From contig JBJXDV010000026.1 in the NCBI GenBank assembly GCA_046153465.1, forward strand, positions 1 to 61,127: a DNA stretch of 61,127 nt. Reading direction: 5' to 3'. The notes beneath the pieces are model-generated. The model was not told the DNA's origin. It ran no database searches and saw only the letters and a program-made list of their open reading frames with translations. The position numbers and the translations under genes are program-made. This stretch comes from Chitinophagaceae bacterium (GTDB lineage Bacteria; Bacteroidota; Bacteroidia; Chitinophagales; Chitinophagaceae). This document shows, one piece after another, positions 48,016 to 58,500 of this stretch (positions within the stretch are counted from its first letter, which is position 1; every line of letters starts with the position of its first letter).

Positions 48016-48888
48016 CTATTTGTAAAAATAAGTAAAGGTTGTTTTTTTGTTGCCGGGTATTTGTGTGCTTACCCCGCTGATAGGTTTGTTTTTCGAATTG
48101 TAGGTATATACGGCAGACAACTTAAAACTTGATGGGCCTCCATTTGCAATATCTGTAAATTCATAGTTGGAAAGATTTGAGGTTGCTGAGAAATCAATTC
48201 GAAGAATTACTGCCGCCTCTCCATTCGGAATTATCAATGGGCTAACTTTTGTGTCGTAACTGTATTTTGCAATTGTTGTGGGAATTGGAGGTGCTCCGGG
48301 ATTTTGAAAATCTGAAGCACTTTGGCGCATTTCGATTATTCCAGCAGCTCCATAGGAGAAATCTGTAACTAATGATAAAACTGGGGAGGGTCCAAGAAAT
48401 TGGCTTACTAAATAATTATCCTGCCTTAAAATTTTCCCATCTGTTCCATAAACAAATGATGAACTGTCTGCCACAGAAAATCCACCAACTGATATTTCAG
48501 AGACTACCGCCGTATACTTATTAGTGGAAGAATTATAATATACGATTGAAAGAACGCTATCTATACCTTGTGTGATTGATCCTTGATTTTTTTGAACAGT
48601 AGCTGTAATAATACCTGACGCATTTCGTATTACTCTTAAATCATTACCAATATCTGTTCCCTGGGATGTTCCCGTTATCTTTTCCCTTATCAATCTCTTT
48701 TCGGAATCGTATTCGTATTCGGTGGTATTTGTTTCAGTTCCAGAAACAGCAACGATCTTCGTCAGCAGATCTCCCGACGTTCCTGTAACAGGTCCGCCAT
48801 TGCCGTCGAAACTTATTTCTTTCTGGCAGGAAGAAATACAAATACCCAGCACTGCAATAACAATCAATAATTTTGCTTTCATGCTCAT
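48016..48888 (-). CDS. Hypothetical lipoprotein with YD-like beta-hairpin repeats
   Basis: Lipobox ISSC followed by QKE; YEYDSEKRL, YSYDTK and YTYNSKNKP repeats. Confidence 0.7.
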   Translation of the reverse strand: MSMKAKLLIVIAVLGICISSCQKEISFDGNGGPVTGTSGDLLTKIVAVSGTETNTTEYEYDSEKRLIREKITGTSQGTDIGNDLRVIRNASGIITATVQKNQGSITQGIDSVLSIVYYNSSTNKYTAVVSEISVGGFSVADSSSFVYGTDGKILRQDNYLVSQFLGPSPVLSLVTDFSYGAAGIIEMRQSASDFQNPGAPPIPTTIAKYSYDTKVSPLIIPNGEAAVILRIDFSATSNLSNYEFTDIANGGPSSFKLSAVYTYNSKNKPISGVSTQIPGNKKTTFTYFYK

Positions 48889-48903
48889 CTAGTTTGTTTA
48901 ATA

Positions 48904-50160
48904 TTATAATTCCAATAGTGTTTTCACAGGATCCTTTCCAAATAATAATAATTCAGGATTTTCCAATAGCTCTTTTACCCGCACCAAAAAACTTACACTT
49001 TCTCTTCCGTCAATAATACGATGATCGTAACTTAATGCCAGGTACATCATCGGCCTGACTTGTACCTGACCATTTATGGCAATGGGCCTTTCCTGAATTT
49101 TATGCATTCCCAAAATAGCACTTTGAGGAATGTTGATAATAGGAGTACTCATTAAACTTCCAAATACACCTCCATTGGTAATTGTAAAGGTACCGCCGGT
49201 CATTTCTTCTATACTTAATTTATTTTCTTTTGCCTTAGTAGCCAGTTCAACTACTTTTTTTTCTATTTCAGCCATTCCCAGGCTTTCTGCATTTCGAATA
49301 ACGGGAACAACCAGCCCTTTTGGAGCAGATACCGCTATAGATATATCACAGTAGTTATGATAAAGAATCGTTTCTCCATCAATATAGGCATTTACCGATG
49401 GCCACTCCTGTAAGGCAAAACAACAGGCCTTTGTAAAAAAACTCATGAATCCAAGATTGGTACCGTGAATCTCTTTAAACTTATCCTTATGCTTTGTTCG
49501 CGTAGCCATTATATTCGACATATCCACTTCATTAAAAGTGGTAAGCATTGCCGTTGTATTTTTTGCTTCAACTAAACGCCGGCTTATGGTTTTACGCAGG
49601 TTCGTCATCTTATCCCGCTTTTCATCTCTGCTAAATGCAGCACCAGCAGTCCTTCCGGGATTATTCAACGCAGCCATCACATCTTCTTTAAGTATTTTCC
49701 CTCCTGCGCCACTGGCTGTAACTTTTTTAGCATCTACTTTTTTATCGGCAATTATTGCTGATGCAACCGGGGTTGCCTTTATATCAGCAGGCTGAGATTG
49801 AACATTCAACTGCTGTAGCTTACCGTTAGATTTAGTGTCTGTTGCCTCTGGTTTAATCCCAGGCTCCTGGCTATCGGCTACTGGCTTTTGTATTCCGCCT
49901 CCAGACTTTCCCTCAGGCTTAACCGCAGTTTCATCAATCGTTGCCAGTATATCTCCAATCTTTATCGTATCACCCTCATTCAGGTTACCCAGCTTTAATA
50001 TTCCTGCTTTCTCAGCATTTACTTCAAAAGTAGCTTTCTCACTTTCAAGTTCGGCAATGACCTCGTCTCTTTCTACATAAGATCCATCTTTTTTTATCCA
50101 TTTTAGAAGGGTTACTTCGCTGATAGATTCCCCTACGGTTGGCACTTTTATATCAATCAT
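48904..50160 (-). CDS. sucB: 2-oxoglutarate dehydrogenase E2 (dihydrolipoyl succinyltransferase)
   Basis: Lipoyl domain (ESEKA), E3-binding domain and YDHRIIDG. Confidence 0.97.
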   Translation of the reverse strand: MIDIKVPTVGESISEVTLLKWIKKDGSYVERDEVIAELESEKATFEVNAEKAGILKLGNLNEGDTIKIGDILATIDETAVKPEGKSGGGIQKPVADSQEPGIKPEATDTKSNGKLQQLNVQSQPADIKATPVASAIIADKKVDAKKVTASGAGGKILKEDVMAALNNPGRTAGAAFSRDEKRDKMTNLRKTISRRLVEAKNTTAMLTTFNEVDMSNIMATRTKHKDKFKEIHGTNLGFMSFFTKACCFALQEWPSVNAYIDGETILYHNYCDISIAVSAPKGLVVPVIRNAESLGMAEIEKKVVELATKAKENKLSIEEMTGGTFTITNGGVFGSLMSTPIINIPQSAILGMHKIQERPIAINGQVQVRPMMYLALSYDHRIIDGRESVSFLVRVKELLENPELLLFGKDPVKTLLEL

Positions 50161-50236
50161 AAAACTCTTATTAACGCTAGTTTAAATGAATCGGTACTAA
50201 TTTAATATTGTTAGAATTCAGTTCCTTTAGATTAAT

Positions 50237-52996
50237 TTAAATACTAAAGGCTGTATCAATTATTTCGTCTTGTTCCTGCTTATGAACTTTAGAATAACCT
50301 GTAGCAGTAGCTGCCCCAGGCTGCCGGCTGATCACTCCATAATTAATGCTCTTCAGGTTCATTTGTAAATAGGAGGCCGCTCCCATGTTCAATGGTTCCT
50401 CCTGAATCCAAAACCAGGTAGCCCTATTGTATTTTTTATAAAGCGCCTCCAATTGCGTAAGCGGCAACGGATATAATTGCTCAAGCCTGATAATTGCTAT
50501 ATCTTTTATAGTGTCTTTTTGCTGCTTTTCTGCCAGATCAAAATATATCTTACCGGTACAGAACAATACTTTTTTTACCTGTATTGCATTATTGATAAAT
50601 GGATCATCAATTACTTCTTTAAACCCTCCTTTCGTGAAATCATCCATTACCGAATAAGTACCCGGGTGACGCAGATTTGCCTTAGGAGAAAAAACAATCA
50701 ATGGTTTTCGAAATGGCCACGCTAACTGCCTGCGCAATGCGTGAAAGAAATTAGCCGAGGTAGTAATATTTACTGCTACCATATTTAATTCGGCACACAA
50801 TTGTAAAAATCGTTCAATACGAGCACTGCTGTGTTCAGGGCCCTGTCCTTCATATCCGTGCGGTAATAGCATTGTTACACTATTCATACGGTTCCATTTC
50901 TGCTCACCTGCACAAATAAATTGGTCAATCATCGTTTGTGCTCCATTGCAAAAATCGCCGAACTGTGCTTCCCATAATACGAGTGCATGCGGATTAGCCA
51001 GTGTATATCCATATTCAAATCCTAAAACACCATATTCGCTTAATAAAGAATTATAGATACGAAATTGTCCTTCGGCTCCTTCAATACGACTTAACCTGCT
51101 ATAAGAACTATCATTATTTTCATCTCGCAATACCGCATGCCTGTGACTAAAGGTACCACGACGAACATCCTGTCCGCTCATTCGCACATCATTTCCATCT
51201 AACAACATACTTCCATAAGCCAACAATTCACCTGTAGCCCAATCTACTTTACCATCCGTCTCAAACAATTTTATTTTATCCTGAATAATTTTTTCAACTT
51301 TCTTCAATGGTTTAAAATCTGCGGGCCATTGCATTAGGGCATCAAATAATTTCTTAAAGTCAATAGCCGTAATGGCTGTTACAGGGCTTTGTTCAAAATC
51401 TTCTATCGAAGCCCGGCGCAAACTTTTCCACCATAGTTCGGGTTGCTGGTAATTATAAGGAAGTGGGTGTTGTTTTACACCATCCAACCGTTCCTGCAAA
51501 TCGGCCCAAAATTTCTTTTCCATTTCTCTTGCCAGCTCCTGTGCATCCGATTCTCCATTCTCTAACAAAAATTTCACATATACTTCCCTTGGGTTCGGGT
51601 GTTTTTCAATAAGCGCATAAAGATGAGGTTGAGTAAATTTTGGATCATCTCCTTCATTGTGGCCGTGCCTGCGGTAACAGACCATATCAATAAATACATC
51701 ACAATTAAATTGCTGCCGGTAGCGGGTGGCAATTTCCACACATTTAACAACCGCTTCCGGGTCATCCCCATTAACATGCAATACCGGCGCTTGTATGGCC
51801 GCTGCCAGCGAAGTACAATAATCCGAGCTACGGGCATCATCAAAATCGGTAGTAAAACCAATTTGGTTATTAATTACAAAATGAATGGTACCACCGGTAG
51901 AATAACCTTCCAGTTCACTCATTTGTAAAATCTCATAAACAATACCCTGACCTGCAACCGAAGCATCTCCATGAATAAGTATAGGAAGAATTTTATCATA
52001 ATCACTTTTATAAAGCACATCTGCTTTCGCTCTTGCAAAACCCAGAACAACCGGATCTACAGCCTCAAGGTGTGAAGGATTGGGCATTAATTTCAGGTGG
52101 ATGGTATTTCCATTGGTGGCTTTCAGTTCGCTTCCATAACCCATATGATATTTTACATCGCCACTGCCCATGGTTTGATCCAAAATAGCAGTTCCTTCGA
52201 ACTCACTAAATATCTGTTCATAGGTTTTGCCCATGATATTTGCTAGTATGTTCAACCTACCCCTGTGCGCCATTCCAATGACTAACTCCTGTACATCATT
52301 TTCAGCAGCAGTATTAATGATCGCATCCAATGCCGCAATCGTAGTTTCACCACCTTCCAGCGAAAATCTTTTTTGACCAACATATTTAGTATGAAGAAAT
52401 TTTTCAAACATTACCCCCTGGTTCATCTTCTCTAATATTCTTTTCTTTTTTTCAAACGACAATGGAATAGTGAATTTCTTCTCCATTTCATTCGTGATCC
52501 AGTCGACCTTTTTCTGATCACTTATATATTTGAATTCTATACCAACATGCGAAGCATAACATTTTTCAAGATGAAGATGAATGGCGCGCAAGGTAGTAGT
52601 GCCTAATCCAATGAGATTTCCTGCCTGGAATGTTTTATCCAAATCTGCATCCGTGAAACCATAAAACTCCAGTTCTATATTCGCTCCACGATCTTTACGT
52701 TTACGAATCGGATTAGTATTGGCAATCAAATGTCCTTTGTTTCGATATCCCAAAATCATCCGATAAGCCCTGATTTCCCTCATCCAGTCAATATCTGCAG
52801 GTAGTACAGGTGTAGGAGTTGAATTTTTTATTGATTCACCATTAACAGTAGCAACTGTTGAACCGATCGCATAATCAAAGCCCTCAAAGAATTTTTTTAG
52901 ATCCGGGTCAATACTATTGGGATCGTTGACGAAATCCTTGTAAAGGTTCTCGATAAATTGAGGATGGGAGCTGGTGATATAAGAGAAATCTTTCAT
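50237..52996 (-). CDS. sucA: 2-oxoglutarate dehydrogenase E1
   Basis: KRFSLEG, GMAHRGRLN, HGDA, WEAQFGDF and PHGYEGQGPEHSSAR motifs. Confidence 0.97.
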   Translation of the reverse strand: MKDFSYITSSHPQFIENLYKDFVNDPNSIDPDLKKFFEGFDYAIGSTVATVNGESIKNSTPTPVLPADIDWMREIRAYRMILGYRNKGHLIANTNPIRKRKDRGANIELEFYGFTDADLDKTFQAGNLIGLGTTTLRAIHLHLEKCYASHVGIEFKYISDQKKVDWITNEMEKKFTIPLSFEKKKRILEKMNQGVMFEKFLHTKYVGQKRFSLEGGETTIAALDAIINTAAENDVQELVIGMAHRGRLNILANIMGKTYEQIFSEFEGTAILDQTMGSGDVKYHMGYGSELKATNGNTIHLKLMPNPSHLEAVDPVVLGFARAKADVLYKSDYDKILPILIHGDASVAGQGIVYEILQMSELEGYSTGGTIHFVINNQIGFTTDFDDARSSDYCTSLAAAIQAPVLHVNGDDPEAVVKCVEIATRYRQQFNCDVFIDMVCYRRHGHNEGDDPKFTQPHLYALIEKHPNPREVYVKFLLENGESDAQELAREMEKKFWADLQERLDGVKQHPLPYNYQQPELWWKSLRRASIEDFEQSPVTAITAIDFKKLFDALMQWPADFKPLKKVEKIIQDKIKLFETDGKVDWATGELLAYGSMLLDGNDVRMSGQDVRRGTFSHRHAVLRDENNDSSYSRLSRIEGAEGQFRIYNSLLSEYGVLGFEYGYTLANPHALVLWEAQFGDFCNGAQTMIDQFICAGEQKWNRMNSVTMLLPHGYEGQGPEHSSARIERFLQLCAELNMVAVNITTSANFFHALRRQLAWPFRKPLIVFSPKANLRHPGTYSVMDDFTKGGFKEVIDDPFINNAIQVKKVLFCTGKIYFDLAEKQQKDTIKDIAIIRLEQLYPLPLTQLEALYKKYNRATWFWIQEEPLNMGAASYLQMNLKSINYGVISRQPGAATATGYSKVHKQEQDEIIDTAFSI

Positions 52997-53285
52997 GTAA
53001 CACAACTACTTTAATATAGGAAAACAAATATCGGTGAAAATGTGTAAAGAGAAAGTAATGTGAACCCTGATTGCCTGATAACCACCAATTTTAAGAGTGA
53101 ATGGCAACGCCTCAGGAACGAAATGCACAGGCAAAAACAATTGTACCTGCCGAAAACCCGAAAGAATTTAGGAGCAGGCCCTGTTTTGAAGTTTTTTCAG
53201 AACTCAGGCTTTGTTTTTTGGAATTTCCCCCGTTCAAACCTACCTTCGCCTCCCGAAATTTATCGGAATTAAAATTTTCGTGTTC

Positions 53286-53543
53286 ATGGCTAATCACAAA
53301 GCTACCTTAAAGGATGTTCGTCAGGCTACTAAGCGCAGAGAGAGAAATAAGTATTATGGCAAAACTACCCGTAATGCTATCCGCGATTTAAAAGAAATTA
53401 AATCTGGAACAGAAGCCTCTCCCAAATTAACAGAAGTTGCATCTATGCTTGATAAGCTCGCGAAAAGAGGTATCATTCATAAAAATAAGGCTGCAAACTT
53501 AAAAAGTAAGCTAACGAAGAAGGTAAATAAACTGACTAAGTAA
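53286..53543 (+). CDS. rpsT: 30S ribosomal protein S20
   Basis: MANHKATLKDVRQ...LDKLAKRGIIHKNKAANLKSKL. Start moved to the ATG at 53286. Confidence 0.97.
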   Translation: MANHKATLKDVRQATKRRERNKYYGKTTRNAIRDLKEIKSGTEASPKLTEVASMLDKLAKRGIIHKNKAANLKSKLTKKVNKLTK

Positions 53544-53594
53544 TTATTTTATTTTATTCTGTTCTTGCTCAACCGATGGAGGTTATTATATTTT

Positions 53595-53624
53595 AAAGGC
53601 TGTTCTATTGAACAGTCTTTTTTT
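53595..53624 (+). terminator. Intrinsic terminator of rpsT
   Basis: AAAGGCTGTTC-TATT-GAACAGTCTTTTTTT. Confidence 0.8.
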
Positions 53625-54026
53625 ATTGGGTGCATCTAAAATTATCGCTGTCGTTTTTCCTCCCCCCTTTAAACAACATTTTAAATACCCTCTTCTTATT
53701 TGTATATACGAAGAAGCTGTTTTGTCAAATAGGAATAATTCGCAGGCAGGTGATAAAACAAATAGCATTACGTGTCGCAGGAACATGAATTCAATGTTTT
53801 ATTTTTATCTAAAATGTTTCAATACAGACAATAGTTTTAAGAAGCAGTTTGAATTAATTAATTTTAACTGGAAAATACTTTGCAGTGGTTTTGATAATTT
53901 TTTCACAGCAAGCTATTGACAATGGCTTTAAAATTCACTTCGCTTTGCGCATAAATCATTCAAAAATAGATTCTAATTAATTAATTCAAACGGCTTCTAA
54001 ATTTTTATATCATCTTTAATAGGTAA

Positions 54027-56363
54027 ATGTTACTAATAAAATTTACGAAATATTCAATTGTCTTATTTCTTCTTTTCATTATAACGGGAAGCAGTACCTT
54101 TATTTACTCACAGGATTGTACTAAGAACTGTATCTATTTTGAAACAACAGATTTTCCTGAGCTTAAGCCGGTAATTGAAGAAATCAAATTATACATCGGT
54201 AAGAACCGTTCAAACCTAACGCCCGATTGCAGCCGGCGTTTGTATTATTTGTTAGCGGTTATTTATGAATCGATGAGTCAAAAAGATTCCGCCGCTTATT
54301 ATATGGATCTTCAATACGCCTCCGGCAGATTATGTTCCAGTGATACAGCAAAAATACAAGCGGGCCTGAATGCAGCAGGATTTCAATCCAGGAATTTTAA
54401 TCTTGTAAAGGCAACGAGGCTGGTCGATTCGTCGCAGTTCTGGTTGCGCGCTCATCTTAAAAAAGAATTCATTAATTATAATTTTGAAGGGGCCACTAAT
54501 TTATATGCAGGTATAGAAGATACCATTGCCTCCACTCGGGAAATTGGCGGATTTTCAATCAGTAAACTTTCGTCTACTACCCAGGAGTTATTTCGAAAAT
54601 ACTACCAAACCAAAGCCAATATCTATACAAATGAGAGCAATATACCTTCAGCCAGAGCAAATTTTTTGCTTGCTTATCAATTTGCAAAAGCAAATAGTTT
54701 AGACAGCACTGAAGGTAATATTCTGAATAACCTTGGTTTATTACTAACCAACGAGGGTTACTATCAAAAGGCAGTATCCATTTTAAATGAAACAATGCTT
54801 TTATACGAACAACAGGGAAACTACGCCTCCATGCCAACAGCCCTTATCAACTTATCGTACTGCTATCGAAAAATGAAAGCCTATAAGGAAGCAGAAGACT
54901 ATGCAGCCAAAGCAGTTGCCATTTCTAGCAAGAATGGCTATAAAAGTTTTTTCTGCCGGGCCTCAGGATTTTTAGCGCGTGCCTATTCCTTACAAAATAA
55001 ATTCACTGAAGCAGAACGAACCCTTAGGCAAAGTATTGATACGGCACGTTTCTATAAAAATAAAATAGAATTGTGCTACAACCTACGGGCACTGGCAGAA
55101 ATATTCCTTCACCAGGGTACTAAAATTGAGGAAGCGCGAAACCTGGCAATAGAAAGTATGAATCTTGCAGTCGAAATTAATGATAAAAGTTTTTTGGCAA
55201 GCATCTATTGTACACTTGGAAATTATTATTATTTAAAGGGCGCTTATCCGCTGGCATTGGACTATACATTCAAGAGTACAGCTATCAGTAACGTTTATAA
55301 CGATGCAGGAGAGATAGAAGTAGCCAATAAACAATTGGCTGATATCTATGAAGCATCCGGAAATCATCGGGAAGCCATACGCTATTATAAAAAATATGTT
55401 CAAATAAAAGATAGTCTGCTTAACAGGGAAGTAACGCTGCAAACCCAGGATCTCGAAAGCAAGTATAACAATCAGTCAAAATCGCTGCAGATTGTCCGGC
55501 TGGAGAAAGATCAAAAGGAAAAAGAAATAGAATTAAGAGAGCAAAACAATCGAATAAAGCTATTCTCAATCATAGCAATTATAACGCTGATGGGCATACT
55601 TTTTTTTGTATACTTAAACCGAAAATTGGCAGTTCAAAAAAAACAGGTAGAAACCGCTAACCGTAAACTAAATGAACTAACCACGCTGCAGAACCAATTA
55701 TTCCGAATCATTGCGCATGATTTAAAAAGTATGGTGTTTCCGTTTAACCGCGCTGGAAGAATTATGCGTTCTTATTTTCAAAAAAATGATATCGCCAATG
55801 CGGCAGTATATGCAGAAAAATTAGAAGAGAATGCCGTGAGAATTTCAAGTACCATCAATAATTTACTGTTTTGGAGTGTGCAGCAGTTGGATGGATTTAA
55901 ACCAAGAAAAGAACAGGTATTGGTACGGGAAACTGTTGAAGAAGTACTTCAACCCTTTTATGAAATGATTCGTCTTAAAAATATAGATATCGTAAGCCTT
56001 TTAAAAAACAATGATACAATCTCCATTGATAAAGAAGCTTTTCAGCTTATCGTTCGAAATATTATTTCCAATGCAGTGAAGTTTACTGAAAAAGCGTCTA
56101 TTGCCATTTATAGTGAACAAATGGAAAAACTTTATACAATAGTGATTGCCGACTGTGGTATTGGGATGAGTCAGGAAAAAGTAAAAGAATTAATGGAGAA
56201 ACCTTTACAACAAACAACCAGCGGTACCCGGGGAGAAAAAGGAAGCGGCATTGGTTTTTCACTTATAAAAAAAATGGTTGCCCTGAATGAAGGAGAATTA
56301 TTTTTGGAAAGCGAATTGGAAAAAGGAACTACTATTCGCATTCAATTCAAACAAGATTTGTAA
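54027..56363 (+). CDS. TPR-repeat sensor histidine kinase
   Basis: Signal/TM segment, periplasmic TPRs (LNNLG, LINLS, TLGNYY), a second TM, H-box IIAHDLK, N-box NIISNAVKF, DCGIGM and GSGIG. Confidence 0.93.
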   Translation: MLLIKFTKYSIVLFLLFIITGSSTFIYSQDCTKNCIYFETTDFPELKPVIEEIKLYIGKNRSNLTPDCSRRLYYLLAVIYESMSQKDSAAYYMDLQYASGRLCSSDTAKIQAGLNAAGFQSRNFNLVKATRLVDSSQFWLRAHLKKEFINYNFEGATNLYAGIEDTIASTREIGGFSISKLSSTTQELFRKYYQTKANIYTNESNIPSARANFLLAYQFAKANSLDSTEGNILNNLGLLLTNEGYYQKAVSILNETMLLYEQQGNYASMPTALINLSYCYRKMKAYKEAEDYAAKAVAISSKNGYKSFFCRASGFLARAYSLQNKFTEAERTLRQSIDTARFYKNKIELCYNLRALAEIFLHQGTKIEEARNLAIESMNLAVEINDKSFLASIYCTLGNYYYLKGAYPLALDYTFKSTAISNVYNDAGEIEVANKQLADIYEASGNHREAIRYYKKYVQIKDSLLNREVTLQTQDLESKYNNQSKSLQIVRLEKDQKEKEIELREQNNRIKLFSIIAIITLMGILFFVYLNRKLAVQKKQVETANRKLNELTTLQNQLFRIIAHDLKSMVFPFNRAGRIMRSYFQKNDIANAAVYAEKLEENAVRISSTINNLLFWSVQQLDGFKPRKEQVLVRETVEEVLQPFYEMIRLKNIDIVSLLKNNDTISIDKEAFQLIVRNIISNAVKFTEKASIAIYSEQMEKLYTIVIADCGIGMSQEKVKELMEKPLQQTTSGTRGEKGSGIGFSLIKKMVALNEGELFLESELEKGTTIRIQFKQDL

Positions 56364-56381
56364 ACTACCATTTTCCCGCGC

Positions 56382-57107
56382 ATGAAGAAATTATTCCTGA
56401 TTGAAGACGAATGGGTGCATGCCGAAGATATCCGGATAACCACAGAGGAACTGGGATATACCTGGCTGGGATACACGAATGAAGGTATTGATGCCCTGAT
56501 GAAGATCAGGCAGCTTCAACCGGATATATTACTAATCGATCTCAATCTTAATGGCACTTTTTCCGGTATCTCCATCGCCAAAGCGATTAAAGAAGAAACT
56601 GATATACCGTTTATTTTTGTTACTTCCTACCTTGATGAAGAAGTAATCCGAAAATGTTATGAATTAAATCCGATTGCCTATTTGCATAAGCCTGTTAATA
56701 AGGGGGATTTAAAAGCGGCTTTACTTAAATCCGATTTTCCGCAGGATTCTTTTTACCGGGAGATCGATGAGGAAGCAACTAGAAGCCAACAACTGATGAT
56801 TAGAACGGGCAAAAATTTAAAGCCTGTTTTAAAAGAAGATATTACCATTGTGCAAACAGATGCCAAGAATTATATTCGGTTGTTTACCCGCCAAAAAAAT
56901 CAATATGCCATCAAACAATCGTTAACTGCTTTTGAAAAATCATTACCCCCTGCCATTTTTATCAGGGTTCATAAGGAATATATGGTGAACCTGCTTTGCA
57001 TTACCGCCATTAATGAAAGTGATCAAACGATACAGATAGATGGTCAGCATATTCCAATTGGGAAAAATTATAAAGCTGATTTTATGGCCAGGTTTAATAT
57101 TCTTTAA
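56382..57107 (+). CDS. LytTR-family response regulator
   Basis: REC domain (IEDE, LIDLNL, VTS, KP) plus LytTR domain (FIRVHKEYMVN, IPIGKNYK). Confidence 0.94.
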   Translation: MKKLFLIEDEWVHAEDIRITTEELGYTWLGYTNEGIDALMKIRQLQPDILLIDLNLNGTFSGISIAKAIKEETDIPFIFVTSYLDEEVIRKCYELNPIAYLHKPVNKGDLKAALLKSDFPQDSFYREIDEEATRSQQLMIRTGKNLKPVLKEDITIVQTDAKNYIRLFTRQKNQYAIKQSLTAFEKSLPPAIFIRVHKEYMVNLLCITAINESDQTIQIDGQHIPIGKNYKADFMARFNIL

Positions 57108-57125
57108 AAAATTCATAAGCGCATT

Positions 57126-57689
57126 TTACTTTTGAATGGTTACTTCGGTGCCTGGCTTAATAAAATGCATTAGATCCCTGATAGCTGCATTTTTTAAAGA
57201 GATACAACCATCTGTCCAGTTGTTATACCGATCAATTAAATAGTTATCGTTTGGCCAGGTACCATGAATGCCAATACTCCCGCCAATTTTATCCATTTCA
57301 TTAATCACATGTTCTTTTTTCCGCCGTTCAAATTTCTCAATACTGAGTCTGTTCGGATAATCGAACAATAAAAAATAATCCCATTTCTTATGTTTTTTGA
57401 TTGTTCGAATACTAAAGTTTCCTTCGGGTGTTCTACGATCTCCTTCATTTAGCTTATCCTTATCTGGTTCGGCCCCAAATACCACCGGATATCGTGCAAA
57501 TAATCCCTGCTCATCATACAATCGCAATAAATAATCTGATTTATCAATTACAACGCGACAATTCCCAACCGGTAAATCATTCTTTCTTTTCAGTTTCTCC
57601 ACTTTTCGTTCTTTCTCCGTATCTAAGAAATTAGATACGCACACAAAAATTATTGGCGACAGTAACAATTTTAAAACCAGCGGATGCAA
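57126..57689 (-). CDS. L,D-transpeptidase family protein (YkuD; YafK-like)
   Basis: EGDRRTPEG, DYPN, IGIHG and WTDGCISL motifs. Confidence 0.9.
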   Translation of the reverse strand: MHPLVLKLLLSPIIFVCVSNFLDTEKERKVEKLKRKNDLPVGNCRVVIDKSDYLLRLYDEQGLFARYPVVFGAEPDKDKLNEGDRRTPEGNFSIRTIKKHKKWDYFLLFDYPNRLSIEKFERRKKEHVINEMDKIGGSIGIHGTWPNDNYLIDRYNNWTDGCISLKNAAIRDLMHFIKPGTEVTIQK

Positions 57690-57869
57690 TGTTCTGAAAT
57701 TAATTGATTGTTAGAAAAAGGTACAACAGGCCGACAGAAAATTGACTTTGCTTATAAGTAATCCAGGAAACATCTGCCGGCCCATTAATACCTATGCCTT
57801 TTTGACTTAATAACTCTTCCTGGTGAGGTAACGGACAAAGAATGAATACAAAGTACAACCTACTACCTA

Positions 57870-58478
57870 TTATTTTTCGTCAACATCTACCTGCGCATCA
57901 GAAGCAACAGAAGCGTTTGAACCAGTTCCTGCTTTTAATTCAGCCGGTTTGCCCTTGATAAAAAAACCGATAGCGCCACCAACCAATGTAAGAATTAATA
58001 ACCCGATCGATAAACTCCAAGCCAGGGCTCGTTTATTTTGGCCCTCTGCTATCATAGGCATACCGCTTACCAATACCTGCTGACCATCAACAGCTTGAAT
58101 ACTCTGAATTTGCAATTCAATTCTTCCGGGTTTCCCAAACATACCCGGCTTAGAAATTTCAGAAATGGTTGCATTGCCCAATGCGCCTGCAGCCACCACA
58201 ATTTGTTTAGCTACCACTACATTGTATTTTACACGAACATTCACTGTTTGCCCTTCGGAAAGATTTTTCGCATTCAGCGTTTGAAGTGTTTCAATTACAA
58301 TTGGGGTTCCTGATCTTAATGTTACCGGTCCTTCGGGAGTAGAAATTGTAATATCACTTGCAATTACGATTTCCTTACCGGATTCATTGTTTGTTTTTTT
58401 TCCTGGATTTGTTGTAGTGTTACCTCCGGGTATTAAGAAGGAAACCAACACATACATAAGCAAAGTTTTCATAATCAT
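57870..58478 (-). CDS. Exported protein with VirB10/TrbI-like beta domain and hydrophobic hairpin
   Basis: LRSGTPI..ET...L......GQTV...V...VVV....VVAAGA...A.I......GMFGKPGRIEL......AVDG, a hydrophobic segment, then GKPAELKAGT. Family call from pattern recognition only. Confidence 0.55.
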   Translation of the reverse strand: MIMKTLLMYVLVSFLIPGGNTTTNPGKKTNNESGKEIVIASDITISTPEGPVTLRSGTPIVIETLQTLNAKNLSEGQTVNVRVKYNVVVAKQIVVAAGALGNATISEISKPGMFGKPGRIELQIQSIQAVDGQQVLVSGMPMIAEGQNKRALAWSLSIGLLILTLVGGAIGFFIKGKPAELKAGTGSNASVASDAQVDVDEK

Positions 58479-58500
58479 TCTATTTAAAGGTGAATAAATA

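Noticed and set aside
53544-54026. tRNA or integration site after rpsT, and the 103-aa ORF 53608-53919
   Set aside because: No cloverleaf or T-loop motif is visible. The ORF overlaps the terminator and has no recognisable features. A lone TTCCTCCCC at 53657 has no in-phase partner repeat.
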